From Gammaproteobacteria bacterium (GTDB taxonomy: Bacteria; Pseudomonadota; Gammaproteobacteria; Steroidobacterales; UBA11654): a stretch of 45,963 bases of DNA. How positions within the stretch are numbered: the stretch's first letter is position 1; every line of letters starts with the position of its first letter. A program made the position numbers and the translations under genes. The notes under the pieces are model-generated. The model was not told where the DNA came from and ran no database searches. It worked only from the letters and a program-made list of their open reading frames with translations. This document shows, piece after piece, positions 36,365 through 45,963 of the stretch. The stretch is taken from NCBI GenBank assembly GCA_012965065.1, contig DTSX01000022.1, forward strand, positions 1 through 45,963, given 5' to 3'.

Positions 36365-37279
36365 ATGACACATTCGATTCCAGATCCAAACTCTTCGCAT
36401 TCTGATATAGATTCATTCCTTGACTCTATATGGATGGAACAAGGCTTGGCTAAAAACACCTTGTCGGCTTATCGTTCTGATTTGTTAATTTTGGAACGAT
36501 GGACAATAAATAAAAACTTAACACTGAGAAAGATTTCAAGGGCTGACTTGTTGGATTTTATTTCCGAGCGAGCTAATTTGGGTTCAAGTTCTCGTTCTTC
36601 TGCAAGACAACTCTCCACATTTAGGCGGTTTTACAATTACCTTTGTGGACAAGAAATTATTTCTCAGAACCCAACGTTAAAAATCTCAATGCCTAAATTG
36701 GGTAGATCCTTGCCGAAAATGATTTCTGAGGAAGAAGTGATTAAGCTCATTAAAGCACCTGTGGTCAAAAAACCCTTGGGCTTCAGGGACAGAACAATGC
36801 TTGAAGTACTTTACGCAACTGGCCTAAGAGTTTCGGAATTGGTGCAGCTAAAGCAAACGCAATTAAATTTAAACCAAGGCTTTATCAGGGTTATGGGAAA
36901 AGGCAACAAGGAACGGTTGGTGCCTCTTGGTGGGATTGCAAAAAATTGGCTGAAGCGTTATTTGAAAGGTCCCATTCATGAGATTCTGGGTGAGCGGAAT
37001 ACAGACTACCTGTTTCCAACGAGAACCTCAGAATGTATTTCCAGACAGGCATTTTGGCAGTTGACCAAGAAGTACGCAAATAAAACAGGGATCAGATCTG
37101 ATTTATCACCGCATACACTAAGGCATGCTTTTGCAACACATTTGCTCAACCATGGTGCCGATTTAAGAGTGGTTCAAATGTTGTTGGGACACAGTGATTT
37201 ATCGACCACACAGATCTACACTCATGTTGCTCAACAAAGACTCAAAGATATCCATGAAAAACACCATCCTAGAGGTTGA
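36365..37279 (+). CDS. xerD: Site-specific tyrosine recombinase XerD
   Basis: 304 aa. Motifs ATGLRVSEL, HTLRHAFATHLL and GHSDLSTTQIYTH (the R-H-R-Y catalytic set) are present, and the gene shows xerD-dsbC synteny. Confidence 0.9.
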   Translation: MTHSIPDPNSSHSDIDSFLDSIWMEQGLAKNTLSAYRSDLLILERWTINKNLTLRKISRADLLDFISERANLGSSSRSSARQLSTFRRFYNYLCGQEIISQNPTLKISMPKLGRSLPKMISEEEVIKLIKAPVVKKPLGFRDRTMLEVLYATGLRVSELVQLKQTQLNLNQGFIRVMGKGNKERLVPLGGIAKNWLKRYLKGPIHEILGERNTDYLFPTRTSECISRQAFWQLTKKYANKTGIRSDLSPHTLRHAFATHLLNHGADLRVVQMLLGHSDLSTTQIYTHVAQQRLKDIHEKHHPRG

Positions 37280-37308
37280 TTTTTTGTAAACTAGACGTAG
37301 TGAATAAT

Positions 37309-38073
37309 ATGAAAAGAAAATTACTATACATTTTTCTACTGCTGAATATTCACCCAGTCCTTGCCGGTGAATCTTCGATTGCTGATAATTCAGAGACTTC
37401 TCAGATGAATGAGATCCAAGAGAACAAATCAAGACTTCTTGCAGAGTTGTTCGATGTTTTCCCTGGAGGCAAAGATGCCAAGATCACAGAATCAAGTATC
37501 CAAGGTCTATACACAGTTTCCATTGGGTCACAGGTTTTTTATATGAGTCAGAATGGTAAATTTATTTTGCGTGGTGATATTTACGATACGGAATCGGGGA
37601 CTAATTTGACGGAGCGGGAAAGGATCTCAGCTCGAAAAGATTTTCTCAATCAGCTGGATGAAGAGGAAATGGTGATTTTTGCACCAGACGATTTCCAGCA
37701 CACTGTTACCGTGTTTACCGATGTGGACTGCGGTTATTGCAGGAAATTTCACAGTGAAATTGACGAGGTGATGGAGCAGGGTATTCGGGTTCGTTATCTC
37801 TTTTTCCCGAGGACAGGTCCAGATACAGAGAGTTGGGAAAAGGCAGAGAAAGTTTGGTGCAGCCAGGATCGCCAGAGTGCCATAACAAGGGCTAAACAGG
37901 GCAAAAACTTGAAAGCTAAAGTCTGCTCAGACACACCCGTTCAGAAACATTACAGTCTTGGGCAAGTGTTTATGGTACAGGGCACACCAACGATGGTTAC
38001 TGACAAAGGAAAGATAATTATTGGCTACATGCCAGCGGATGCCTTGAAAGCTCGTCTGGAATCTGATTTTTGA
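37309..38073 (+). CDS. dsbC: Thiol:disulfide interchange protein DsbC
   Basis: Signal peptide and thioredoxin-fold CXXC (DCGYC) are present. An N-terminal dimerisation-type domain follows xerD. The ATG at 37309 is preferred. Confidence 0.85.
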   Translation: MKRKLLYIFLLLNIHPVLAGESSIADNSETSQMNEIQENKSRLLAELFDVFPGGKDAKITESSIQGLYTVSIGSQVFYMSQNGKFILRGDIYDTESGTNLTERERISARKDFLNQLDEEEMVIFAPDDFQHTVTVFTDVDCGYCRKFHSEIDEVMEQGIRVRYLFFPRTGPDTESWEKAEKVWCSQDRQSAITRAKQGKNLKAKVCSDTPVQKHYSLGQVFMVQGTPTMVTDKGKIIIGYMPADALKARLESDF

Positions 38074-38074
38074 T

Positions 38075-38398
38075 TTACCGTTCCAGATATTTCAGTTTGT
38101 CTTTGACCTCTCGCCAATCATCAGCGTCAGGAGGCGGGGTTGGTGCATGAGTGATCACTGGCCAGATCTGAGATAGTTCTTGGTTTAATTCCAGAAATTT
38201 TTCTTGCCCCTCAGGGATTTCATCATCAGCAAAAATAGCATCAACGGGACATTCAGGTTCGCACAACGCACAATCTATGCACTCATCAGGATCAATGACA
38301 AGCATGTTTGGACCTTCATAAAAGCAGTCAACAGGGCAAACTTCGACGCAATCACCCAACTTGCATTTAATACAGCTTTCTCCAACTAAAAACGTCAT
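38075..38398 (-). CDS. fdxA: 7Fe (3Fe-4S/4Fe-4S) ferredoxin, Azotobacter FdxA type
   Basis: 107 aa. Motifs [14 protein letters not shown] and [12 protein letters not shown] are present. Confidence 0.9.
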   Translation of the reverse strand: MTFLVGESCIKCKLGDCVEVCPVDCFYEGPNMLVIDPDECIDCALCEPECPVDAIFADDEIPEGQEKFLELNQELSQIWPVITHAPTPPPDADDWREVKDKLKYLER

Positions 38399-38464
38399 TT
38401 TGTACCTATGGTTTCAAGTCTTGTTGCACATGATGACATAAAATTTTATTTATTTATAGAAGGG

Positions 38465-38992
38465 TTAGGGCAGGGTTTCATAAACTGGCTGCCAATCGTC
38501 CTCGGATTTGTTAATTTGTGCTCTAAGTGCAATTTTTCCGGTTTTAAATGCCATTCGTTCCCATGGAATTTCTGAGAGCTTAAACAACTTAACATCCAAC
38601 GATTCTTTTCCGGGACCGAATTCTAAATTCTGGAGATGAGCTCTGAAGAATACGTGAACCTGATGTGCATGAATGACATCTACCACTGCGATCAAAGGCC
38701 CAATTATTGGTTTAATCAACGCTTCTTCCTTTGCTTCTCTCGCAGCCCCATCTGTGAGCCCTTCTCCATTTTCTAGAAATCCTGCAGGCAAGGTCCAATA
38801 GTTGCTTCTTGGCTCGATTGCTCTGAGGCATAAAAGAACTTGGCCTTTGTACATTGGCACGGATCCAACAACTACCCTAGGGTTTTCATAGTGGATGAAA
38901 TCACATTGGGTACAAATGAATCTGGGTATATCATCGTCTTTGGGTACTTCAAACTTAATTGAACCCCCACATTGCGAACAAAATTTCATCAT
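38465..38992 (-). CDS. NUDIX hydrolase with N-terminal zinc-ribbon
   Basis: CSQCGG...CTQCDF forms the Zn ribbon. The Nudix box is GFLENGEGLTDGAAREAKEEALI. The start is ATG 38992 or 38989; the ORF-track TTG at 39004 would lie 5 nt from the tRNA. Confidence 0.8.
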   Translation of the reverse strand: MMKFCSQCGGSIKFEVPKDDDIPRFICTQCDFIHYENPRVVVGSVPMYKGQVLLCLRAIEPRSNYWTLPAGFLENGEGLTDGAAREAKEEALIKPIIGPLIAVVDVIHAHQVHVFFRAHLQNLEFGPGKESLDVKLFKLSEIPWERMAFKTGKIALRAQINKSEDDWQPVYETLP

Positions 38993-39009
38993 AAACTTTA
39001 CCAATTAAA

Positions 39010-39093
39010 TGCCGGGAGAGAGACTCGAACTCTCACGGGTTTAACCCCACCGGATTTTGAGTCCGGCGCGTCTACCAATTCCGCCATCCCGGC
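39010..39093 (-). tRNA. tRNA-Leu (anticodon CAA)
   Basis: The reverse complement folds as a cloverleaf. Acceptor stem is GCCGGGA/UCCCGGC. The D-arm sequence UGGCGGAAUUGGUAGACGCGC matches the class-II Leu type. The anticodon stem CCGGA/UCCGG carries loop CUCAAAA. A long variable arm GGGGUUAAACCC and T-arm GAGAG-UUCGAGU-CUCUC are present. CCA is not encoded. Confidence 0.93.
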
Positions 39094-39199
39094 TATCCAT
39101 TAAAAAAGAATACCTTGGCAAAAATGCGCAGTCCACACTCTTTATATTTAATTTGCTCAATATTATTTTCCAGTCAGATAATTGGGTAGAATATTCACG

Positions 39200-40216
39200 A
39201 TGAAAGTCTCAGATTATTACTTTGACCTCCCAGAAAATCTTATTGCACAGAAACCGACTGATGAGAGATGCTCTAGCAAACTTCTTTGTGTTCACAGCGG
39301 CAATTTTGATGACAGAATATTTTCAGAACTTCCAAAGATTCTCTCGAAAAATGATCTACTGGTGTTAAATAACACGAAGGTGATGCCTTCTCGTTTATTT
39401 GGTAAAAAAACAACCGGTGGTAGGGTGGAAATTTTGGTTGAAAGAATTTTGGAAAAGGATATTGCCCTGGTCCAAACCAGGTCCAATAGACGACTTCAAC
39501 CCGGAAGCCTGATCGATTTGGGCAATAAAGTGACCCTCAAAGTTTTAACCTTAGAAAGTGATTTTCTTCGGGTAAAATTTTCAATGCCCATCGTTAATAT
39601 CCTTAATGATATTGGTCATATTCCTTTGCCACCATACATAAAAAGAATGCCCGATGCAGATGACAAAGATAGGTATCAAACGGTTTTTGCAAAGGAGTGG
39701 GGTGCAGTGGCAGCTCCCACAGCGGGCCTGCATTTCGATCGGGGATTGCTGATGACCGTTCGGGAGAAAGGGATACAGATTGGAATGGTTACCCTACACA
39801 TTGGAGCGGGCACGTTTATGCCTCTACGGGAAGAACAACTCAAAACAAAGCGACTGCACAAAGAACATGTGATTGTTGACGAGGAATTGTGCCGTAAAAT
39901 AGAACGCACTGCATCTAAAGGCGGCCGGGTTGTTGCTGTTGGAACCACCGTAACCCGTGCTCTCGAATCTGCGGTTTCATCCAGGAGAATAAAACCAATG
40001 TGCGGTGACACAGATCTCTTCATCTATCCTGGATTTGAGTTTAAAATTGTTGATGCAATAATTACGAATTTCCATTTACCGGGATCATCTTTGATCATGC
40101 TTGTATCCGCATTTATTGGGAGAAATAACATTAAACAGGCTTACCAACATGCGATCGACCGAGACTATCGATTTTACAGTTACGGTGATGCAATGTTTCT
40201 TGAGAAATCAGTTTAA
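39200..40216 (+). CDS. queA: S-adenosylmethionine:tRNA ribosyltransferase-isomerase
   Basis: The N-terminus MKVSDYYFDLPENLIAQKP parallels E. coli QueA. AAPTAGLHF is present and the gene shows queA-tgt synteny. Confidence 0.92.
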   Translation: MKVSDYYFDLPENLIAQKPTDERCSSKLLCVHSGNFDDRIFSELPKILSKNDLLVLNNTKVMPSRLFGKKTTGGRVEILVERILEKDIALVQTRSNRRLQPGSLIDLGNKVTLKVLTLESDFLRVKFSMPIVNILNDIGHIPLPPYIKRMPDADDKDRYQTVFAKEWGAVAAPTAGLHFDRGLLMTVREKGIQIGMVTLHIGAGTFMPLREEQLKTKRLHKEHVIVDEELCRKIERTASKGGRVVAVGTTVTRALESAVSSRRIKPMCGDTDLFIYPGFEFKIVDAIITNFHLPGSSLIMLVSAFIGRNNIKQAYQHAIDRDYRFYSYGDAMFLEKSV

Positions 40217-40228
40217 AGGAGAGCATGA

Positions 40229-41338
<1,110 letters not shown>

Positions 41339-41385
41339 ATGTTTATGTGTCATAATTGCACAATTATTTTTATCAAAGGATCAGC

Positions 41386-41709
41386 ATGAATATTTTATTT
41401 GAAAATGCATGGGCACAGTCAAGCGGGTCTGGTAGCACATTTTTAGGATTCTTGCCCTTGGTTGTTATTTTTATCGTGTTCTATTTTCTCTTAATTAGAC
41501 CCCAGTCTAAAAAACAGAAAGAGCATAAAGAAATGATTTCAAGTTTGATCGTTGGCAATGAGGTTATCACTGCCGGCGGTATATTGGGTAAGATCGTTGC
41601 AATCAAAGAACAATACGTCGTCATAGAAATATCAGAGGGCGTGAGAGTAAAAGCGCAGCGTCATACCATCGGTGCATTGATGCCCAAAGGCACAATCAAA
41701 AAAGGTTAG
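41386..41709 (+). CDS. yajC: Preprotein translocase subunit YajC
   Basis: 107 aa from the ATG at 41386. Motifs FYFLLIRPQSKKQKEHKEM and GGILGKIV are present, with synteny to secDF. Confidence 0.9.
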   Translation: MNILFENAWAQSSGSGSTFLGFLPLVVIFIVFYFLLIRPQSKKQKEHKEMISSLIVGNEVITAGGILGKIVAIKEQYVVIEISEGVRVKAQRHTIGALMPKGTIKKG

Positions 41710-41716
41710 AAAACCA

Positions 41717-43561
41717 ATGAATCAATACCCTCTGTGGAAAAATATAATGGTTATTGTGGTTATCATCCTGGGGGTATGGTTTGCACTGCCCAATTTTTAT
41801 GGCGAGGACCCTGCCGTGGTCATTGCCAAGGAAAATGGTCTGGCTTTTAGCCAATTGGAAACAAGCGATATAGAGGAATATTTACAAGAGATAAACAGTG
41901 GTTATAAATCGATCAAGCGTCAAGAAAAACAAATTTTGATTCGATACGACCAGGTTGAAGAGCAGTTGTCTGGAAGCGATTCCATGAGGGCTTATATGGG
42001 CCGATCAGCGACTGTTGCCTTGACTTTTGCACCACGTACACCCAATTGGATTAGTCGTTTTGGGCTCAAGCCCATGAGTTTGGGGCTGGACCTTAGAGGG
42101 GGTGTTCATTTTAAATTTCAAGTTGATCTGGATGCAGCTATTGAACAGAGACTCAATCAATACATTGCTGACATCAACAAAGCATTGATCGACAAAAGAA
42201 TTCGCAGAAATATAAAAAAACAAGGCAATGTAATCAGCATTGAGCTCTCCGATCCAGAGGATTTAAGTCGCGCCAGAAGTTTGATCAGGGAGATTGACCC
42301 CCTATTGGTGATCGAGACGGTGCCAGGCAAAACCAGTCCAGGCCTCCAAGTTGAGATGACGCAGGATCAATTGAAGCAAAGACGTGATTTTGCCATCCAG
42401 CAGAATATTCTAACGATGCGAAACCGAGTCAATGAACTTGGTGTTGCCGAACCCATAGTCCAACGCCAGGGACTCGATAGAATTGTTGTGCAATTGCCTG
42501 GAGTTCAAGACCCAACCCAAGCGGAAAGGATTTTAGGAGCAACAGCAACACTGGAATTCAGGATGGTCTGTGAGAATGAGAGTGCTTTTGCTGCAGAAGC
42601 CAAGGGTAGGGCACCGATTGGCTGTGAATTGTTTGTAGATCGGGTAGGAAACCCAGTGTTGTTGAAAAAGAAAACAATTGTATCAGGCAATCAGTTAATT
42701 GATGCTTCACAGACATTTTCTGAAGGCAGGCCCGCAGTTTCGATCCGACTCGACAACAAGGGCTCCAAGTCAATGCTGGAGACCACAAAAAGAAACTTAA
42801 ACAAACCCATGGCTGTTTTATTTATCCAACAAAGGCAAGAAACAAAAGAACGGAATGGTCGCTTGGTTACTTCTTCAGTGTTGGAAAAGGAGGTCATCAA
42901 CATTGCCACAATCCGGGGTGTGTTCAGCAGCCAATTTCAAATCACCGGAGTATCTGTTGTTGAGGCTAGGGATCTGTCAATCTTACTCCGGGCCGGTGCT
43001 TTGGCAGCCCCCATTTTTAAAGTTGAGGAAAGGACAATTGGACCGAGTCTTGGTCAAGATAACATCAACAGAGGCTTCCAGGCTATTGTCATAGGCCTAG
43101 CCATGGTTCTGTTGTTCATGGTCTTTTATTACAAAGGGTTTGGCTTGATTGCCAACTTCGGTCTTTTGATAAACCTCACCTTGGTCATGGCTTTGTTGTC
43201 GTTGCTGCAAGCGTCTTTAACTTTACCAGGAATAGCAGGTATTGTATTGACAGTAGGTATGGCAGTGGATGCCAACGTTCTGATTTTTGAGAGAATTAGG
43301 GAAGAAATCCGAATTGGCAATTCACCCCAAGCGAGTATCACCGCGGGTTATCAAAAGGCTTTTGGCACCATCGCAGATGCCAACATTACAACCTTGATTG
43401 CAGCGCTTGTCCTATTTACCTTTGGAACCGGGCCAATCAAGGGTTTTGCAATCACCCTAACCCTTGGCATTATCACCTCAATGTTCACTGCAATAATTGC
43501 CTCAAGGGCAATTGTCAATATTGTTTATGGACAACGAACCATTAACAAACTAAGGATCTAA
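41717..43561 (+). CDS. secD: Protein translocase subunit SecD
   Basis: 614 aa. Motifs LGLDLRGGVH and LPGVQDP and the C-terminal 6-TM region are present. Confidence 0.95.
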   Translation: MNQYPLWKNIMVIVVIILGVWFALPNFYGEDPAVVIAKENGLAFSQLETSDIEEYLQEINSGYKSIKRQEKQILIRYDQVEEQLSGSDSMRAYMGRSATVALTFAPRTPNWISRFGLKPMSLGLDLRGGVHFKFQVDLDAAIEQRLNQYIADINKALIDKRIRRNIKKQGNVISIELSDPEDLSRARSLIREIDPLLVIETVPGKTSPGLQVEMTQDQLKQRRDFAIQQNILTMRNRVNELGVAEPIVQRQGLDRIVVQLPGVQDPTQAERILGATATLEFRMVCENESAFAAEAKGRAPIGCELFVDRVGNPVLLKKKTIVSGNQLIDASQTFSEGRPAVSIRLDNKGSKSMLETTKRNLNKPMAVLFIQQRQETKERNGRLVTSSVLEKEVINIATIRGVFSSQFQITGVSVVEARDLSILLRAGALAAPIFKVEERTIGPSLGQDNINRGFQAIVIGLAMVLLFMVFYYKGFGLIANFGLLINLTLVMALLSLLQASLTLPGIAGIVLTVGMAVDANVLIFERIREEIRIGNSPQASITAGYQKAFGTIADANITTLIAALVLFTFGTGPIKGFAITLTLGIITSMFTAIIASRAIVNIVYGQRTINKLRI

Positions 43562-43566
43562 CAGGA

Positions 43567-44487
43567 ATGATTGTCAAAGAATTCAATTTTCTCTCAAAAA
43601 GGTATTTTGCTCTGGCAATCTCAGTGATTCTTCTGTTGACATCTCTGGTTTCTCTCACCTTTAAGGGTTTAAATCCAGGGATTGACTTTACAGGTGGCTT
43701 TTCGGTTGAAGTCGCTTTCCAAGAGCCACCAGTAATCAATGAGATTAGAGATGAATTGGCATCTGGAGGGTTCCCTGAAGCCATTGTCCAGAGCTTTGGT
43801 AGTTCAAAAGACATCAATATTCGTATCATGCCAAGAGAAAATATCGACAACAAGGCAATAGGCAAGCAAATTGAAGAAATCTTGAATAATTCTGCCAATG
43901 CTGTTGAGTTAAGGGGCTCAGAATTTGTAAGCCCTCAGGTGGGGGATGAATTGACCGAACAAGGTGGATTGGCGATGCTCTTTGCCTTGATGATGATCAT
44001 GATCTATATCATTTTTAGGTTTCAGTGGAAATTTGCAATAGGTGCAGTCGTTGCATTAATCCATGATGTGATCATAACCATGGGTGTTTTTTCAGTATTC
44101 CAGATCTCATTTGATCTCGCTGTCTTGGCTGCTATTTTGGCCGTGGTGGGTTATTCATTAAACGACACGATCGTCGTCTTTGATCGCATTCGTGAAAATT
44201 TCCGACTAAGAAGAAAGGAACAAACACTGGACATTATCAATACATCAATCAATCAAACAATCAGTCGTACAATCATAACCAGTGGCACCACACTTCTTGT
44301 ACTATTTACCTTGTACATTATTGGTGGTAAGTCTTTGGAGGGTTTTTCACTGGCCCTCATTATCGGGGTTGTTATCGGTACCTATTCATCAATTTACGTG
44401 GCCACAACTTCGGTGTTGTTTTTAGATGTTTCAACCACAGATCTGATGCTAATTAAAAAAGAAAAAGTTGATGATGGCATGCCATAG
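43567..44487 (+). CDS. secF: Protein translocase subunit SecF
   Basis: 306 aa. Motifs GIDFTGG and YSLNDTIVVFDRIREN are present. Confidence 0.95.
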   Translation: MIVKEFNFLSKRYFALAISVILLLTSLVSLTFKGLNPGIDFTGGFSVEVAFQEPPVINEIRDELASGGFPEAIVQSFGSSKDINIRIMPRENIDNKAIGKQIEEILNNSANAVELRGSEFVSPQVGDELTEQGGLAMLFALMMIMIYIIFRFQWKFAIGAVVALIHDVIITMGVFSVFQISFDLAVLAAILAVVGYSLNDTIVVFDRIRENFRLRRKEQTLDIINTSINQTISRTIITSGTTLLVLFTLYIIGGKSLEGFSLALIIGVVIGTYSSIYVATTSVLFLDVSTTDLMLIKKEKVDDGMP

Positions 44488-44504
44488 AATGCCAGGGGTT
44501 GATT

Positions 44505-45314
44505 TTAGCTTAATTTAATCAGTTTATTGTCGTACTTTGAGATGACTGCTTTCATTTGAATAAAAACTCTCCGATTCCCTGCAATAATGTTGCCCGATTC
44601 AAGCATATCTTGGTTAGGAATTAGGTTACTAAAAAGCCCCCCCGATTCCTGGATTAATAAAATACCAGCAGCCACATCCCAAGGACGCAGTCCAAACTCC
44701 CAGAAACCATCGAGCCTACCACAGGCCACATATGCCAAATCAAGTGCCGCGGCTCCAGGTCTTCTGATGCCTGCAGCTTTTTGAGAGAATTCAGAGAATA
44801 TCTCCAGGTAGACATTCAGCCAGTCATTTTTTTGGCGGTAGGGAAATCCTGTACCCAGTAATGCGCCTTCCAGGGTAGTTTGTTTGCTGACCCTGATTCT
44901 TCTCCCATCGAGCTGACTACCTGCACCACGGATGGCAGTGAATAGCTCTTGTCTCGAGGGGTCATAAATTACAGCGACTTCAAGTAAACCCTTTACTTTC
45001 AAGGCAATAGAAACGGCATAAACCGGAAAGGAGTGTATGTAATTCGTCGTCCCATCTAGAGGGTCTATTATCCAAACATAGTCAGCCCCAGCACTCTCTT
45101 TTTGTTGACTTTCTTCAGCAATAATTCCATGGTCTGGATAGCGTGATTGAATAACATCTTTGATTGCGGTTTCTGCTTCTTCATCAACAAATGTAACAAA
45201 TTCATTGTAACCCTTGGTTTTTATATCGCTTTCGTTGATTCGATCAAAATTCATTTGAACAATATCTCCTGCTTTTCGTGCGGCTTTGATTGCAGTGTTT
45301 AAAAGGGCTTGCAT
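44505..45314 (-). CDS. suhB: Inositol monophosphatase family protein SuhB
   Basis: Motifs EES, WIIDPLDGTTNY and WDVAAG are present. The ATG at 45314 (MQALLNTAIKAARKAG) is preferred over the upstream alternative at 45368. It is divergent from trmJ, as in enterics. Confidence 0.9.
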   Translation of the reverse strand: MQALLNTAIKAARKAGDIVQMNFDRINESDIKTKGYNEFVTFVDEEAETAIKDVIQSRYPDHGIIAEESQQKESAGADYVWIIDPLDGTTNYIHSFPVYAVSIALKVKGLLEVAVIYDPSRQELFTAIRGAGSQLDGRRIRVSKQTTLEGALLGTGFPYRQKNDWLNVYLEIFSEFSQKAAGIRRPGAAALDLAYVACGRLDGFWEFGLRPWDVAAGILLIQESGGLFSNLIPNQDMLESGNIIAGNRRVFIQMKAVISKYDNKLIKLS

Positions 45315-45357
45315 GGGTAAAATCTTCGTTAAGTAAATACAGCAAATGAATAATGTG

Positions 45358-45363
45358 TAGAAT
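45358..45363 (+). promoter_or_regulatory. Candidate -10 hexamer (TAGAAT) for trmJ
   Basis: TAGAAT lies 54 nt upstream of the trmJ GTG. It is embedded in GTAGAATAACA, the same 11-mer as upstream of the ETF-QO gene (28212-28222). No clear -35 was seen. Confidence 0.25.
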
Positions 45364-45417
45364 AACAAAACTTTTTAACAAATTGTTCGACTTTATCGTG
45401 AAAAAATTGGGATTTTA

Positions 45418-45963
45418 GTGAAGTCAAAAATTAAATTTATTTTATTTGAGCCCTCCCATCCAGGGAATGTTGGGGCTGCAGCACGCGCTATAAAGACTAT
45501 GGGTTTTGACAAGTTGTGCTTGATTAACCCGATTGAACATCCTCACTCTGAGGCAAGAGCAAGATCCTCTGGTGCTCTAGATGTTTTATTGAATGCGGAG
45601 GTTTTTGATAATTTACAGGATGCAATTAAAGGTTGTGGTTTGATTATTGGGACCACCTCCAGAACCAGAAGAATCAGTGTACCAATCACAAATATCCGAG
45701 AGACAGCGCCAAGCATTATTGCAAAAGCCAAACAAAAGCCAGTCGCAGTCATATTTGGACCAGAGAAATCTGGATTGATAAACAAACAAGTTGATTGCTG
45801 CAACCAACTGGTCAATATACCATCGAGTGAATCCTACAAATCATTGAATTTGGCAATGGCTGTGCAAATAGTGGCTTATGAATTGAGCGTTGCTGGCCAA
45901 GCTTTACCCGCTGAGATCAGAGCGAGGAATCTTGCTTCAAATGATGAAATTGAGCTTTTTTAT
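45418..45963 (+). CDS. trmJ: tRNA (cytidine/uridine-2'-O-)-methyltransferase TrmJ, N-terminal part; the 3' end lies outside the window
   Basis: This ORF is absent from the supplied ORF track because it has no stop in the window. The frame is open from the GTG at 45418 to 45963 (182 codons). VKSKIKFILFEPSHPGNVGAAARAIKTMGF parallels the E. coli TrmJ N-terminus. A SpoU/TrmH fold is indicated by IFGPEKSGL and IPS...SLNLAMAV. Confidence 0.85.
   Translation, partial: MKSKIKFILFEPSHPGNVGAAARAIKTMGFDKLCLINPIEHPHSEARARSSGALDVLLNAEVFDNLQDAIKGCGLIIGTTSRTRRISVPITNIRETAPSIIAKAKQKPVAVIFGPEKSGLINKQVDCCNQLVNIPSSESYKSLNLAMAVQIVAYELSVAGQALPAEIRARNLASNDEIELFY

Noticed and set aside
36365-37279. Tyrosine recombinase as a marker of an integrated mobile element (also the tRNA-Leu at 39010-39093 as an integration site)
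   Set aside because: The recombinase has full XerD features and the conserved xerD-dsbC chromosomal synteny. I saw no direct repeat of the tRNA 3' end, phage or transposon genes, or obvious compositional break nearby.

Overview
This 46-kb window is almost gap-free and carries about 48 intact genes, one tRNA-Leu(CAA), and no rRNA, CRISPR array, transposase, prophage or recognisable defence gene. The synteny blocks xerD-dsbC, queA-tgt-yajC-secD-secF and divergent suhB/trmJ point to a Gammaproteobacterium. The gene content (PhoX, PiT, a Ttp/TonB2-like cluster, a stand-alone homocysteine methyltransferase, a DmdB-like CoA ligase) together with abutting or overlapping convergent genes suggests a streamlined marine heterotroph; that is inference. 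Most of the window is housekeeping or central metabolism:
- an omega-aminotransferase-mmsA-ald module
- scattered molybdenum-cofactor genes (moaA, fdhD, moaC, mobA)
- folE, MaoC/TesB/ETF-QO lipid oxidation, gpmA, and a leuCD-like dehydratase pair
- a phosphate-acquisition group (DUF47/PhoU-like, PiT, porin-like barrel, PhoX)
- a seven-gene TonB2/Ttp-like energy-transduction cluster with two ExbD paralogues

The best candidate for something undescribed is the co-directional five-gene block at 8407-14919. It encodes a tandem alpha/beta-hydrolase, a GlcD-type FAD oxidase, a 605-aa secreted protein with ferrochelatase/CbiX-like repeats and two Cys clusters, a Tat-exported DUF1838-like protein and a lipoprotein cytochrome c. 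I cannot assign this combination to any pathway I know. All functional calls rest on motif recognition by eye; no database search was possible.
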